From: Elusimicrobiota bacterium
GTDB taxonomy: Bacteria > Elusimicrobiota > Elusimicrobia > Elusimicrobiales > UBA9959
Length of the DNA stretch: 64,000 bases
Direction of reading: 5' to 3'
Assembly (NCBI GenBank): GCA_036574205.1
Contig: JAINCQ010000034.1
Location: forward strand, 1-64,000
Shown one piece after another: positions 22,196 to 31,401 of the stretch. Every line of letters begins with the position of its first letter. The stretch's first letter is position 1. The position numbers and the translations under genes are program-made. The notes under the pieces are model-generated. The model searched no databases. It was not told where the DNA came from and worked only from the letters and a program-made list of their open reading frames with translations.

Positions 22196-22624
22196 TGCTA
22201 ATCTAAGCAAAGGCTGATAGCCTTTGCGTCGGGATTTGAAAGTCCGCAGCAAAACTTGTGCTATATAGTTTTGTGAGGAGCGGCCTGCGGAAAATTTTGC
22301 GGTGAGCAAAATTTATCTGTAGGCAAATCCCGTCAACCCCGTGCTTTTCTAAGCAACAGCGCTAAGCTGTTGCGCCGGGTGAGGACAGCCTTTAGAGCAA
22401 AACCTAAACGGTTTTGCGTGCTGTTCGCAAGGCCGGAGTTCGCCCTGGGCTATGAAGGCGAACGAGGCGGGGTCGCGCAAAGCCCACTAGGCTTATGCGT
22501 GACTTGAAAGTCCGCAGTAAAACTTGTGCTATATAGTTTTGCGAGGAGCGTGGCCTTGAGAAAAAAATTTCGGTGAGCAAAATTTATTTGCAGGAAAATC
22601 CCGTCAACCCCGTGCTAATCTAAG
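22178..22624 (+). repeat. Tandem structured repeat units, each ending in a copy of the tRNA-Asp 3' end
   Basis: AAATCCCGTCAACCCCGTGCT at 22179, 22325 and 22596; shared body TTGAAAGTCCGCAG..AAAACTTGTGCTATATAGTTTTG at ~22236 and ~22504. Confidence 0.92.
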
Positions 22625-22740
22625 TAAAAATTGATTGCCCTTGGATTTTGGAGTGGGGATTAATTTTATTAAGCAGCGACTAAAGAAAAAAGTTAAGCAG
22701 TTGGTTTGAAGTTAAAATTATATATTAAGGGAGAAACTAT

Positions 22741-23151
22741 ATGATAAGAACAGTTTGTTTTACTGTTACTGGACTTCCTCCTAAAAAAGATTGTGCAAAG
22801 TCTCTGTGGAGTGAAGATCAGGAAAAGGTGGCAAAATTACGTCAGGCAGCTTATATTGGCATTGGCAAAAATTTTTTTAAGAAATGGGTTCGATTAGTAG
22901 TTATTATGTATGCAAAACCTGAAGATGGAGATCTTGACAATTTTATTGGGGGAATCTGTGATGCTTTGAAACCTGTTCCTCAAAATACTAACTTTAACAG
23001 AAATTATTGGTTGACCCTGCCTGCTGATATTGCCCCTTATCAGTCGATAGCATTTCAGGATGACAAAATTGTAAATGAAATAATTGCTAAACGGGAAATT
23101 GTTGAATCAGAAGAATATAATTGTTATAGAGTTGTCCTCATGGGCGAGTAA
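22741..23151 (+). CDS. RusA-like (Holliday junction resolvase fold) protein
   Basis: 'DGDLDNF...ICDAL' and 'FQDDKIV' resemble RusA acidic motifs; GGGAG RBS. Confidence 0.6.
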   Translation: MIRTVCFTVTGLPPKKDCAKSLWSEDQEKVAKLRQAAYIGIGKNFFKKWVRLVVIMYAKPEDGDLDNFIGGICDALKPVPQNTNFNRNYWLTLPADIAPYQSIAFQDDKIVNEIIAKREIVESEEYNCYRVVLMGE

Positions 23152-23386
23152 AAAATTATAAAATAAACCTGCAAGATTGAAATTTATAATACACTCTTAT
23201 TTTAGTGCTTTTTTTTATATCTCATAACACGAATAAAAAATCTGTATGATTAGATTATTTTTGGATTTGCTAAATAGAGAATTAATGGAATATTTTATAT
23301 ACTATAATAGTGAAAGTTGCGTGAATAACTAAAATATTGTGCCGATTGAAAGATTATTTTACGGGGTGAAGATTGAACAAAACATT

Positions 23387-24387
23387 ATGAAAAAACAAGA
23401 ACTTAAAAAAGGTGAAATAATAATTTATAAAAGTCCAGATGGACCTGACATTCAAGTAAAACTTGAAAAGGATTCTATTTTGTTAGACGCACACCTTATT
23501 GCTAAACTTTTTGATGTGAATAGACCTGCAATAGTGAAGCATATCAACAACATTTATAAGACAGGCGAATTAGATAAAAATTCAACCTGTTCCATTTTGG
23601 AACAAGTTGCGGCTGATGGGAAAATTCGTAAAATGAACCTTTATAATTTGGATATGATTATTTCCGTTGGCTATCGCATAAATTCCAAACGTGCTACGCA
23701 ATTTCGTATCTGGGCGACAAAAACATTAAAAGAGCATTTGGTAAAAGGTTATACCATAAACGAAAAACGGCTTTTAGAGGCACAAGACAGATTTAAAGAA
23801 CTACAAGAAACAATCTCATTTTTTAAAGAAAAATCAAAACACAAACTACTTATAGGACAGGAACAGGAAATTTTAAGCCTGCTTGCTAACTATTCTAAAA
23901 CACTTACCCTGCTTTAACAGTATGACAAAGAAAAATTAAAACTGCTTAAAAAAACACAGGGTAAATATGTCTTAAAGTATGAAGATGCCAGAAAAGTTAT
24001 TGATCAAATAAAAAAAGAACTTATTGTAAAAAAAGAAGCCGGCGATTTGTTCGGGCAGGAAAATGGCGATAAATTCAAAGCCCTGTTAGGCAGTATCTAT
24101 CAAACTTTTGGAGGAAAAGCATTATATCCTTCGCTCGAAGAAAAAGCCGCACATCTTTTATATTTTGTTATTAAAGACTATCCTTTTGTAGATGGCAATA
24201 AGCGAATTGCCTCTTTTTTATTTGTATATTTTTTAGATAAAAACAATTATCTTATCTTTATCGTTCTACAGGCGAGAAGAAAATTAATGATAATGCTCTG
24301 ACCACCTTATCACTTTTAATCGCCATAAGTGACCAGAAAGAAAAAGATAAATTAATTAAGATTATAACTAATTTGTTGGTAATATGA
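23387..24387 (+). pseudogene. RhuM/virulence-Fic(Doc) fusion pseudogene
   Basis: RhuM motifs 'YNLDMIISVGYRINSKRATQFRIWAT'; nonsense TAA 23915-23917; Fic motif altered to YPFVDGNKR; 5-bp TATCT duplication near 24250 shifts frame, then '...INDNALTTLSLLIAISD..EKD...IITNLL' runs to TGA 24385-24387. Confidence 0.9.
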
Positions 24388-24388
24388 A

Positions 24389-24530
24389 TTGCAAAATATC
24401 AGAAACATATTGGATAGATTTTTAAGGCTGTGGAGCCGTAGAATAATGTTTGTAAATCTATTTAAAAGTGTGTAATAAAAAATAGATATATCTCCAATAA
24501 CAGACTGACCGGGGCGGTCAGTCCGCTTTT
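24389..24530. repeat. Direct repeat copy 1 (~100-bp core plus terminator-like hairpin)
   Basis: Near-identical to 27279-27410; hairpin GACTGACCG-GGG-CGGTCAGTC followed by a T run. Confidence 0.9.
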
Positions 24531-24834
24531 TTAAGACGACCAGAGATAATCTCAGGCGAGAAGCCTTCTATAATCATATTCTCAACTTCTGATCTCAAGG
24601 CATGGGCTTTAAGCCTTTTCTTCTTGTGGCTTTCCTTAAGCCTCTTTTTTGCTTTTTCTTGCGCTTTGTGCTGTAAGTAATGCCCTTTATGCCAACTATC
24701 CTTCTCAAGCTTATGTGATAATGTGCTGGGGCTGCGATTTTGGAATTTTCGCTATTTCCCTGAATTTTAAACCTCGCATTTGTAGAACTAACAGTTTGTT
24801 GCGCTCATAATTTGTTTAAGTGTTTGTATTTCAA
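24530..24834 (-). mobile_element. Degenerate IS30-family transposase N-terminal fragment
   Basis: Minus strand across frameshifts: MKYKHL / YERNKLLVLQMRGLKFREIAKI / NRSPSTLS..HY..HKAQEKAKKR..GFSPEIISGRLK, matching the IS30 HTH and WSPEQIxGRL motif. Confidence 0.85.
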
Positions 24835-24950
24835 ATCTAGCTCTTATTATACGGCAGATATGTTCTTTTGTTGCGCGAGCGTTTTGAACCTATGATTTGA
24901 TTTGATATATTTTTTATATTTGCTTATTTTGGTAAAATTATTAAGTAAAT

Positions 24951-25760
24951 ATGGATAACAATTTACTATTTGCTTTTTCTATGACTTTATTTGCTGGTTT
25001 GTCCACTGGAATAGGAAGTTTTATAGGACTTTTATCTAAAAAATTTAATCCAAAATTTTTGACTATTTCGCTTAGCTTCTCGGCAGGTGTTATGATATAT
25101 GTTTCAATGATAGAAATTTTTCCAAAAGCCAGAAATTCACTTTCAGCTTCTCTTGGAGACAAAGCAGGATATATATGGACTACAATATCTTTTTTTGCAG
25201 GCATATTTATAATAGCTTTGATAGACAGGATGATCCCATCATATGAAAATCCGCATGAGCTTAATGTTGATAATAAAATAAAAAAATCATCAGAAGATGA
25301 TAAAGCAAAACTAATGAAAATGGGGTTATTTTCAGCTCTGGCAATTGCAATACACAATTTTCCCGAAGGTCTTGCCACCTTTATGAGCAGTCTTACAAAT
25401 CCTGTTTTAGGAACCAGTATAGCAATAGCTATAGCAATACATAATATTCCCGAGGGGCTTGCTATTTCAGCACCTATATTTTATGCGACAAAAAACAAGA
25501 AAAAAGCTTTTATCCTGTCTTTTCTCTCAGGGTTAGCTGAACCGATAGGAGCAATTATTGGATACTTTATCCTGAAATCTATTTTCACAGATACGATATT
25601 TGGATCTGTTTTTGCTATGGTGGCAGGGATAATGGTTTATGTTTCTCTTGATGAACTTCTCCCTACAGCAGAGGAATATGGCAAGCATCATCTGGCTATA
25701 GCCGGATTGATAAGTGGAATGATAATTATGGCATCAAGCCTTGTTTTATTGTATAAATAG
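24951..25760 (+). CDS. zupT: ZIP-family zinc transporter
   Basis: 'FSAGVMIYVSM.EI', 'AIHNFPEG', 'AIHNIPEG', 'SGLAEP', 'SLDELLP'. Confidence 0.95.
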   Translation: MDNNLLFAFSMTLFAGLSTGIGSFIGLLSKKFNPKFLTISLSFSAGVMIYVSMIEIFPKARNSLSASLGDKAGYIWTTISFFAGIFIIALIDRMIPSYENPHELNVDNKIKKSSEDDKAKLMKMGLFSALAIAIHNFPEGLATFMSSLTNPVLGTSIAIAIAIHNIPEGLAISAPIFYATKNKKKAFILSFLSGLAEPIGAIIGYFILKSIFTDTIFGSVFAMVAGIMVYVSLDELLPTAEEYGKHHLAIAGLISGMIIMASSLVLLYK

Positions 25761-26027
25761 ATCCTTTGTTGTAATTCATTTTAAAAGAACAAAAGTAAGC
25801 ATATAAAATAAAAAAACTTAAAGCTTTTGAGTCTTTTTTAAGATGATTTCCATATAGGACAAATAACAGGCAAAACTTATAATGGCAAGCACAGCTACTT
25901 TCTCTGTCTTGATGGTTTAAGCTCTATCAATAGTAATGACGCTTAAGAATATTAGTTATTCACGATTTTGACTATGTTTCTTGTAGTGTTAGAATTGCAG
26001 AAAAACTTATAATTTACTCAAATCAAC

Positions 26028-27221
26028 TTAACTTCTTTTCGGTCTTTTGTATTCCTTTTCGACATCTAGCGGATTGGCATAAGGAGCTGTCCAGCTTCTG
26101 GAAAAAATATCCAAAATAATATTGCCTGCCGCTTTGCCTTTTAATATAATTGCCGCTCCCCGCGATTTGTAAAAATAATCATATCCCCAATTCGAAGTGC
26201 TTATCATGGCTTTGTCGTCGTCAATAAGAATATATTTGCAGTGTTGTACGCGGGAAAATGGGATAAATCCGCGGCTGTGAGGGGGAATGGAAGAAATTTT
26301 TATGCTGATATTTTTTTCTTTCGACAATTTTTTTATTTCCTTGTCGTATTTTCCACCCATACTCCAGTCTGCAAGAATCAATTCTATGGAAACGCCTTTT
26401 TTTGCGGCGCTTATCAAAGCCTGAGTCAATTCCTTCCATTTTTTCGGCTGAGGGGCGAAGGTCATAACCTGGGCTTTGATCGATTTTTTTGCGCTTTTTA
26501 TCAGACTAATAAGTTCATCAATTTCGGCTTTAAAACCTTCTGGCAGCAAGCTCTTGGGGCTGAATGCCGGGTAATATTCTATTTCGCTGCCGTTTAGCAT
26601 CGCTTTTTCCAGTTTCTTGAAATTCAGCTTTGCATTTTTATAAATGGATTCTGTAACACTTTTCCCAGCCAAAGCCCAATCGATTTCAAATATTTTGCCA
26701 AAAGCAGCAGCCGCTTTTTCGCTTTTTATCCTCACCCCCAGTTCATGAATCTGAGACAGCGATCGCCAGTCAAAATTCTGGCTTCCAATAAAAACCTCTC
26801 TGCCATCAACTATAAAAAATTTTGAATGCTGGACTCCTCCTTTCTTTTTGCCGAAATCTATTATGGCTATTTCGATATTTTCTCCTTTTAGAGTTTCTAT
26901 GCTTTTTTCCGAAGAGGAAAACATGGCTTTCTCGAAAATGAAACGCATTTTTACCCCGGAGGCGGCTTTTTCCTTTATTAGATTTACCACCTGCTCAAGG
27001 GGTTCTCCGCTTTCATTGGTTATATAGAATTCCTCAAAATCTATGTTTTTCTGCGCTGACTTTATCATTTCAAGCCATACCTCAAGAGTGCGTAAGGTCA
27101 TCGAAGAACCATATACTGTTTCTTCAGGTACGCTTTCCACTATCGTAATTTCGGTTTTATACTCCGCTGAAAGAAAGAAGGGAAATAAAAAAAGGATAAG
27201 AAATAATTTTAATGTTTTCAT
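26028..27221 (-). CDS. Exported phospholipase D superfamily protein (PLD3/K4L-like)
   Basis: Two HKD motifs 'QHSKFFIVD' and 'QHCKYILID', plus 'IVESVP' and 'GSQNFDWRSL'; signal peptide from ATG 27221. Confidence 0.9.
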   Translation of the reverse strand: MKTLKLFLILFLFPFFLSAEYKTEITIVESVPEETVYGSSMTLRTLEVWLEMIKSAQKNIDFEEFYITNESGEPLEQVVNLIKEKAASGVKMRFIFEKAMFSSSEKSIETLKGENIEIAIIDFGKKKGGVQHSKFFIVDGREVFIGSQNFDWRSLSQIHELGVRIKSEKAAAAFGKIFEIDWALAGKSVTESIYKNAKLNFKKLEKAMLNGSEIEYYPAFSPKSLLPEGFKAEIDELISLIKSAKKSIKAQVMTFAPQPKKWKELTQALISAAKKGVSIELILADWSMGGKYDKEIKKLSKEKNISIKISSIPPHSRGFIPFSRVQHCKYILIDDDKAMISTSNWGYDYFYKSRGAAIILKGKAAGNIILDIFSRSWTAPYANPLDVEKEYKRPKRS

Positions 27222-27278
27222 ATAAGAAATTATACAATTATTTGCCAAAAAAATATAGAAAATAAATTATTCTTTATT

Positions 27279-27410
27279 TTGCAAAATATCAGAAAGCTGT
27301 TGGACAGATTTTTAAGGCTGTGGAGCCGTAGAATAATATTTGTAAATCTATTTAAAAGTGTGTAATAAAAAATAGCAGACTGAGCTGGGCGGTCAGTTCG
27401 GTTTTCTAGA
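27279..27410. repeat. Direct repeat copy 2
   Basis: Matches 24389-24530 but lacks a 15-nt segment and has a degenerate hairpin. Confidence 0.9.
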
Positions 27411-27768
27411 ATTGTTCGCATATATTTCATAGTTTTTCTGCTATAGGATATAATAATTTAACTCCACTCTCAAAGACGGTCGTCTTTTAAAATGGAGTTG
27501 ATAAAAATCAATCTAACGTATATTTAATTTTACTTCAAATTAAGATATTCTATTTTAAAGATTAAGTTTGTAATTCAACACTCCTTTAGTTGGAGATTAT
27601 ATAAATTTCGGTTACATTTTAAATGAGTTGACATTGAATTTCATCATTGCCTTTTAGATGAGTTGATTTGCTTGATATAAAAATTTTTTAGAAAATTAAT
27701 AGAATATAGTAGATTTGTAAACTATTTGATATATGAAGTATTATTTTGAAGATTTTTAAGGAGATTTT

Positions 27769-28527
27769 ATGAAAATAGGGCTTTTTCAATATGATATAAA
27801 GTGGGAAGATAAAAATTTAAATAAGGAGAAGATTTTAAATATAATTGAATCATCTCCTTATAAAAATAATATAGACTGGCTCATTTTCTCTGAGATGACG
27901 CTTTCCGGTTTTACTATGAACAGGGAGATTGCAACGCTCTCTGATTCAGATAAGAGTTTCTTTTCAGATATTTCAAGGAAATATAATATGTATGTTTCAT
28001 TTGGCGGGGTTGAAGAGGGGTGTAATAAATTGATAACTTTAAATAGAAAAGGTGAGAGAATAAGCGAGTATTCAAAAATTCATCTTTATGCATATGGTAA
28101 AGAAGACAGGTATTATAAAAAGGGAGAAAAAAGGGAAATATTTGAGATTGATGGATTAAAGGTAATGCCTGCAATATGTTTTGATTTGAGATTCCCTTAT
28201 CTTTTCTGGAATGTTGCAGAAAAAGTTGATGTGTATGTTGTGATAGCTGCCTGGCCTATGAAAAGATCTGAGCACTGGAAGACGCTTTTAAAGGCAAGGG
28301 CAATTGAAAATCAGGCGTATTGTTTTGGGGTTAATAGAATTGGTTTTGAAAATAAAATAGAATACAGCGGGAATTCAATGGGATTTGACCCAATGGGAAA
28401 TGTTTTGATAGATGCAAAAAATGCTGAGGGGATATTTGTAAATGAAGAGGATATAAGGAAAGAGGTTGTTGTTGAAGTGAGGGAAAAATTTCCTTTTTTG
28501 AAGGAAAGATTGAAATTTAGTTTTTAA
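27769..28527 (+). CDS. Carbon-nitrogen hydrolase (nitrilase family, omega-amidase-like)
   Basis: E-K-C triad: 'FSEM', 'YSKIHL', 'ICFDLRFP'; 'ARAIENQ'. Confidence 0.93.
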   Translation: MKIGLFQYDIKWEDKNLNKEKILNIIESSPYKNNIDWLIFSEMTLSGFTMNREIATLSDSDKSFFSDISRKYNMYVSFGGVEEGCNKLITLNRKGERISEYSKIHLYAYGKEDRYYKKGEKREIFEIDGLKVMPAICFDLRFPYLFWNVAEKVDVYVVIAAWPMKRSEHWKTLLKARAIENQAYCFGVNRIGFENKIEYSGNSMGFDPMGNVLIDAKNAEGIFVNEEDIRKEVVVEVREKFPFLKERLKFSF

Positions 28528-29276
28528 AAAGGGTTGTTTGTTTCTATAAATAATGTTTTAATTTTAAATTTCTTTGATATTATTTTCGAAAGTTCTTTTA
28601 TGCCAAAAACCTCAGTTCTGTAATGTCCTGCTGAAACAAAGTTTGATCTGTATTCCCTTGCAAGTTCATAAGCCTTCTCATCCCCTTCGCCAGTTATAAA
28701 TATATCTGCTCCTTTTATAACTGCCTCTTCAAAAAAGTTAGTGCCACCACCTGAAACGACAGCTATTTTTTCTATAAGTTTTTTACCATAGTTTATGAAT
28801 ATGGCATTTTTATTTATTTCTTTTTTTATTTTATTTGCTATTTCTTCTAATGAGATTTTTTTGGGAAGTTTTCCTATGAAGCCTATTTTAATTCCGTTAT
28901 AGTCCCCAAAATTTTCAAAGTGTTTTATGTTAAAAATTTTCAATATGGATATGTTATTGCCTATTTTTGGATGGATGTCAAGTGGAAGATGATATGCAGC
29001 AAGGTTTATCTCATTTTTAATCAATGGCTCTACTCTTTTTTTAAAAATTCCACAGATTCGTATTGGTTTATTCCACAAGATACCATGATGTAAAATTATC
29101 ATCTCCGCTTTTTCTTGAATTGCTTTTTCAACCAATTTGCTGGAATATGAGACACCAAATAGAATTTTTTTTATCTCATCCTTTCCTTCCACCTGAAGAC
29201 CGTTTTGTGAAGAATCTTTTATTTCATTTGCTTTAAGATAATTATTTAAAAAAGTTATTAGTTTATCTCTTTTCAT
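28524..29276 (-). CDS. Nif3-like dinuclear metal-centre protein
   Basis: 'NGLQVEG', 'ILHHG', 'YHLPLD.HP..GNN', 'AGHYRTE.FG'. Confidence 0.93.
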   Translation of the reverse strand: MKRDKLITFLNNYLKANEIKDSSQNGLQVEGKDEIKKILFGVSYSSKLVEKAIQEKAEMIILHHGILWNKPIRICGIFKKRVEPLIKNEINLAAYHLPLDIHPKIGNNISILKIFNIKHFENFGDYNGIKIGFIGKLPKKISLEEIANKIKKEINKNAIFINYGKKLIEKIAVVSGGGTNFFEEAVIKGADIFITGEGDEKAYELAREYRSNFVSAGHYRTEVFGIKELSKIISKKFKIKTLFIETNNPF

Positions 29277-29603
29277 TAATCTCTCTTAAAATGAGGAATT
29301 TTTTCCGGCAGTTCCATTGATAGTTCTACATATCCAGCAAATCCATTTTTGTCTTCCCATGGAAATTGATATATAAGTTTTTTAACCCCATTTTTTTCTA
29401 TGGTGTAAGTGTTGATGTATTTTTTTTCAAACATATTATTTATTTTTTTTAATTGATTTTTCTTTATGGCAATCTCTCAGGTTTTTGCCTATAAAATTGC
29501 CAAATCTTTTGAATACTTCTTTAGCTTTTTCATTTGCTTTTATGATTTTCCCATTTTTATCTGTTACAGTAATTGCTATTGGAGCTTTTTTTATCCAGTT
29601 CAT
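29276..29603 (-). pseudogene. Stand-alone PAS-domain protein (~108 aa) with one extra A in an A8 run
   Basis: MNWIKKAPIAITVTDKNGKIIKANEKA...IGKNLRDCH.. / ..NTYTIEKNGVKKLIYQFPW..GFAGYVELSMELP..IPHFKRD*; T8 at 29443-29450 on + strand; overlaps the cysS stop and the Nif3 start. Confidence 0.85.
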
Positions 29604-30997
29604 AATTTTTTTATCCTTGGACCTTTAAGGGTATCTTCAATTATATACCCTTTTTGTTTTAAGATTTCTCTTATCCCATCCGCTTTTTTAAAATCTTTCG
29701 TTTTTTTAAACTCATCCCTTTTTTTTGCAAGTTCAAGTATATCTCCCGGTATAATTATCTCATCTTTCTTCAATAAGTCAAGTGAAAGAACCTCATCAAA
29801 TTTTTTAATAAGGGAAAGTTTTTCAATGTTTTTTAATTTTTTGTCTCTTATAACTTCCCATACCACAGCTAATGTTCTGGGAATATTTAAATCATTTGAA
29901 ATTGCTTCAACAAAATCAATATAGTAATTTGATTTTTTATCGCAATCTGCTATATCATTTTGGTTGGCGCCTTCCATTAATTCTGCTATGGAATTTTTTA
30001 GATGGTTATAACCATTTTTTGCGCTTTCAAGAGCCTCAAAAGAAAATTCAAGTTGTTTTCTATAATGAGCCTGAGAACAAAAATATCTATAATGAAGTGG
30101 GGAAAAACCTCTGTCTTTTAGTGATTTAAGTGTTATAAAATTGCCGGTGGATTTTGACATCTTTTCATTTTGAGAAAGTACTAAAAATTCAGCGTGCGCC
30201 CAGTAGTTGACAAATGGTTTTCCAGTGGCTCCTTCAGATTGAGCTATTTCATTTGTATGATGAACTTGTATGTGGTCAATTCCGCCACAATGTATATCAA
30301 GGGTTTCGCCTAAATATTTCATGCTCATTGCTGAGCACTCTATATGCCAGCCCGGAAAACCAACTCCCCATGGTGAGTCCCATTCCATCTGTCTTTTTTT
30401 ATCCTTTGGTGAAAACTTCCATAAAGCAAAATCAGTGGGATTTTTTTTCTCTTTATTAAATTCTATCCTTGCGCCTTCCTTTATTCCTTTGATATGAGAT
30501 TCACCCATTAGTTTGTGATAATCTTTAAATTTTGATGTGTCGTAGTAAATACCATCTGATGTTTTGTAGGTATAGCCCTTTTCTTCAAGTTTTTTTATTA
30601 AATCTATCATCTCTTTTATATGGTCTGTAGCTTTGGGAAGAATCTTTGGGATATCACAGTTTAATTCTTTCATATTTTCAATAAAAGCATTTGTATAAAA
30701 ACTGGCTATATCCCAGGCGTTTTTGCCTTCCCTTTGGGCTCCTATTTCTATTTTGTCTTCTCCCTCATCGGCATCGCTTGTAAGATGTCCAACATCGGTT
30801 ATATTCATAACCCTTATAACCTTATATCCTAAAAACTTAAATGTTTTTTCAAGGAAATCTTCAAATATAAAGGTTCTTAAATTTCCTATGTGAACATAGT
30901 TATAAACTGTTGGCCCGCAGGTGTATATTTTAACAACACCATTTTCTAATGTTTTTATTTCTTCTATTTTTCTGGAAAGAGTGTTATATATTTTCAT
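29600..30997 (-). CDS. cysS: Cysteine--tRNA ligase
   Basis: 'YTCGPTVY...HIGN', 'GFPGWHIECSAM', 'KMSKS'. Confidence 0.98.
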   Translation of the reverse strand: MKIYNTLSRKIEEIKTLENGVVKIYTCGPTVYNYVHIGNLRTFIFEDFLEKTFKFLGYKVIRVMNITDVGHLTSDADEGEDKIEIGAQREGKNAWDIASFYTNAFIENMKELNCDIPKILPKATDHIKEMIDLIKKLEEKGYTYKTSDGIYYDTSKFKDYHKLMGESHIKGIKEGARIEFNKEKKNPTDFALWKFSPKDKKRQMEWDSPWGVGFPGWHIECSAMSMKYLGETLDIHCGGIDHIQVHHTNEIAQSEGATGKPFVNYWAHAEFLVLSQNEKMSKSTGNFITLKSLKDRGFSPLHYRYFCSQAHYRKQLEFSFEALESAKNGYNHLKNSIAELMEGANQNDIADCDKKSNYYIDFVEAISNDLNIPRTLAVVWEVIRDKKLKNIEKLSLIKKFDEVLSLDLLKKDEIIIPGDILELAKKRDEFKKTKDFKKADGIREILKQKGYIIEDTLKGPRIKKL

Positions 30998-31401
30998 TTT
31001 ATCTCCAATTTTATTTTTTCATATTCAAAATCTAATTTTTTAAAGAACTCGTTGCACACTTCTTCTACTTTTGATGCAGAAATATTATTATCTGATATGC
31101 AATCAACTTTAATTTCTGAAAATGGGTAAATAGCGCCTTCAGGTTTTATTGAATATGTAAAGTTCAAATTATATTTTTCTAATGTTTTTTGATATGATGC
31201 TTCTATTTTTGATTTGAATTTTTCTTCAAATTCATAATCCTGAACTTTTTTTAATTTATATAAACGAGAGATAATTGATAGTGATTGTTTGTTATCAACG
31301 GGGTTATGAATATACAGTTTTTTATCCATTGTTTTACATGAATATAAAAACGTTATTAAGAAAATTATTTGTATATTTTTACTGTGCTTACAGAATAGCA
31401 T
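30994..31401 (-). CDS. Hypothetical protein, possible lipoprotein
   Basis: Hydrophobic stretch then 'LYSC'; fills the ispF-cysS gap with overlaps. Confidence 0.6.
   Translation of the reverse strand: MLFCKHSKNIQIIFLITFLYSCKTMDKKLYIHNPVDNKQSLSIISRLYKLKKVQDYEFEEKFKSKIEASYQKTLEKYNLNFTYSIKPEGAIYPFSEIKVDCISDNNISASKVEEVCNEFFKKLDFEYEKIKLEIK

Noticed and set aside
22178..22624. CRISPR array
   Set aside because: The repeats are tRNA 3' ends, the intervening segments are long and homologous to each other, and no cas genes are present.
25761..26027. Gene remnant or ncRNA between zupT and PLD
   Set aside because: I could not identify an ORF motif or a stable structure.
27230..27430. 66-aa minus-strand ORF across repeat copy 2
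   Set aside because: No recognisable motif or RBS; it coincides with the repeat and the PLD promoter region.
22196..27768. Intact prophage or integrative element
   Set aside because: No integrase or structural genes, and I saw no distal att copy beyond 22624.
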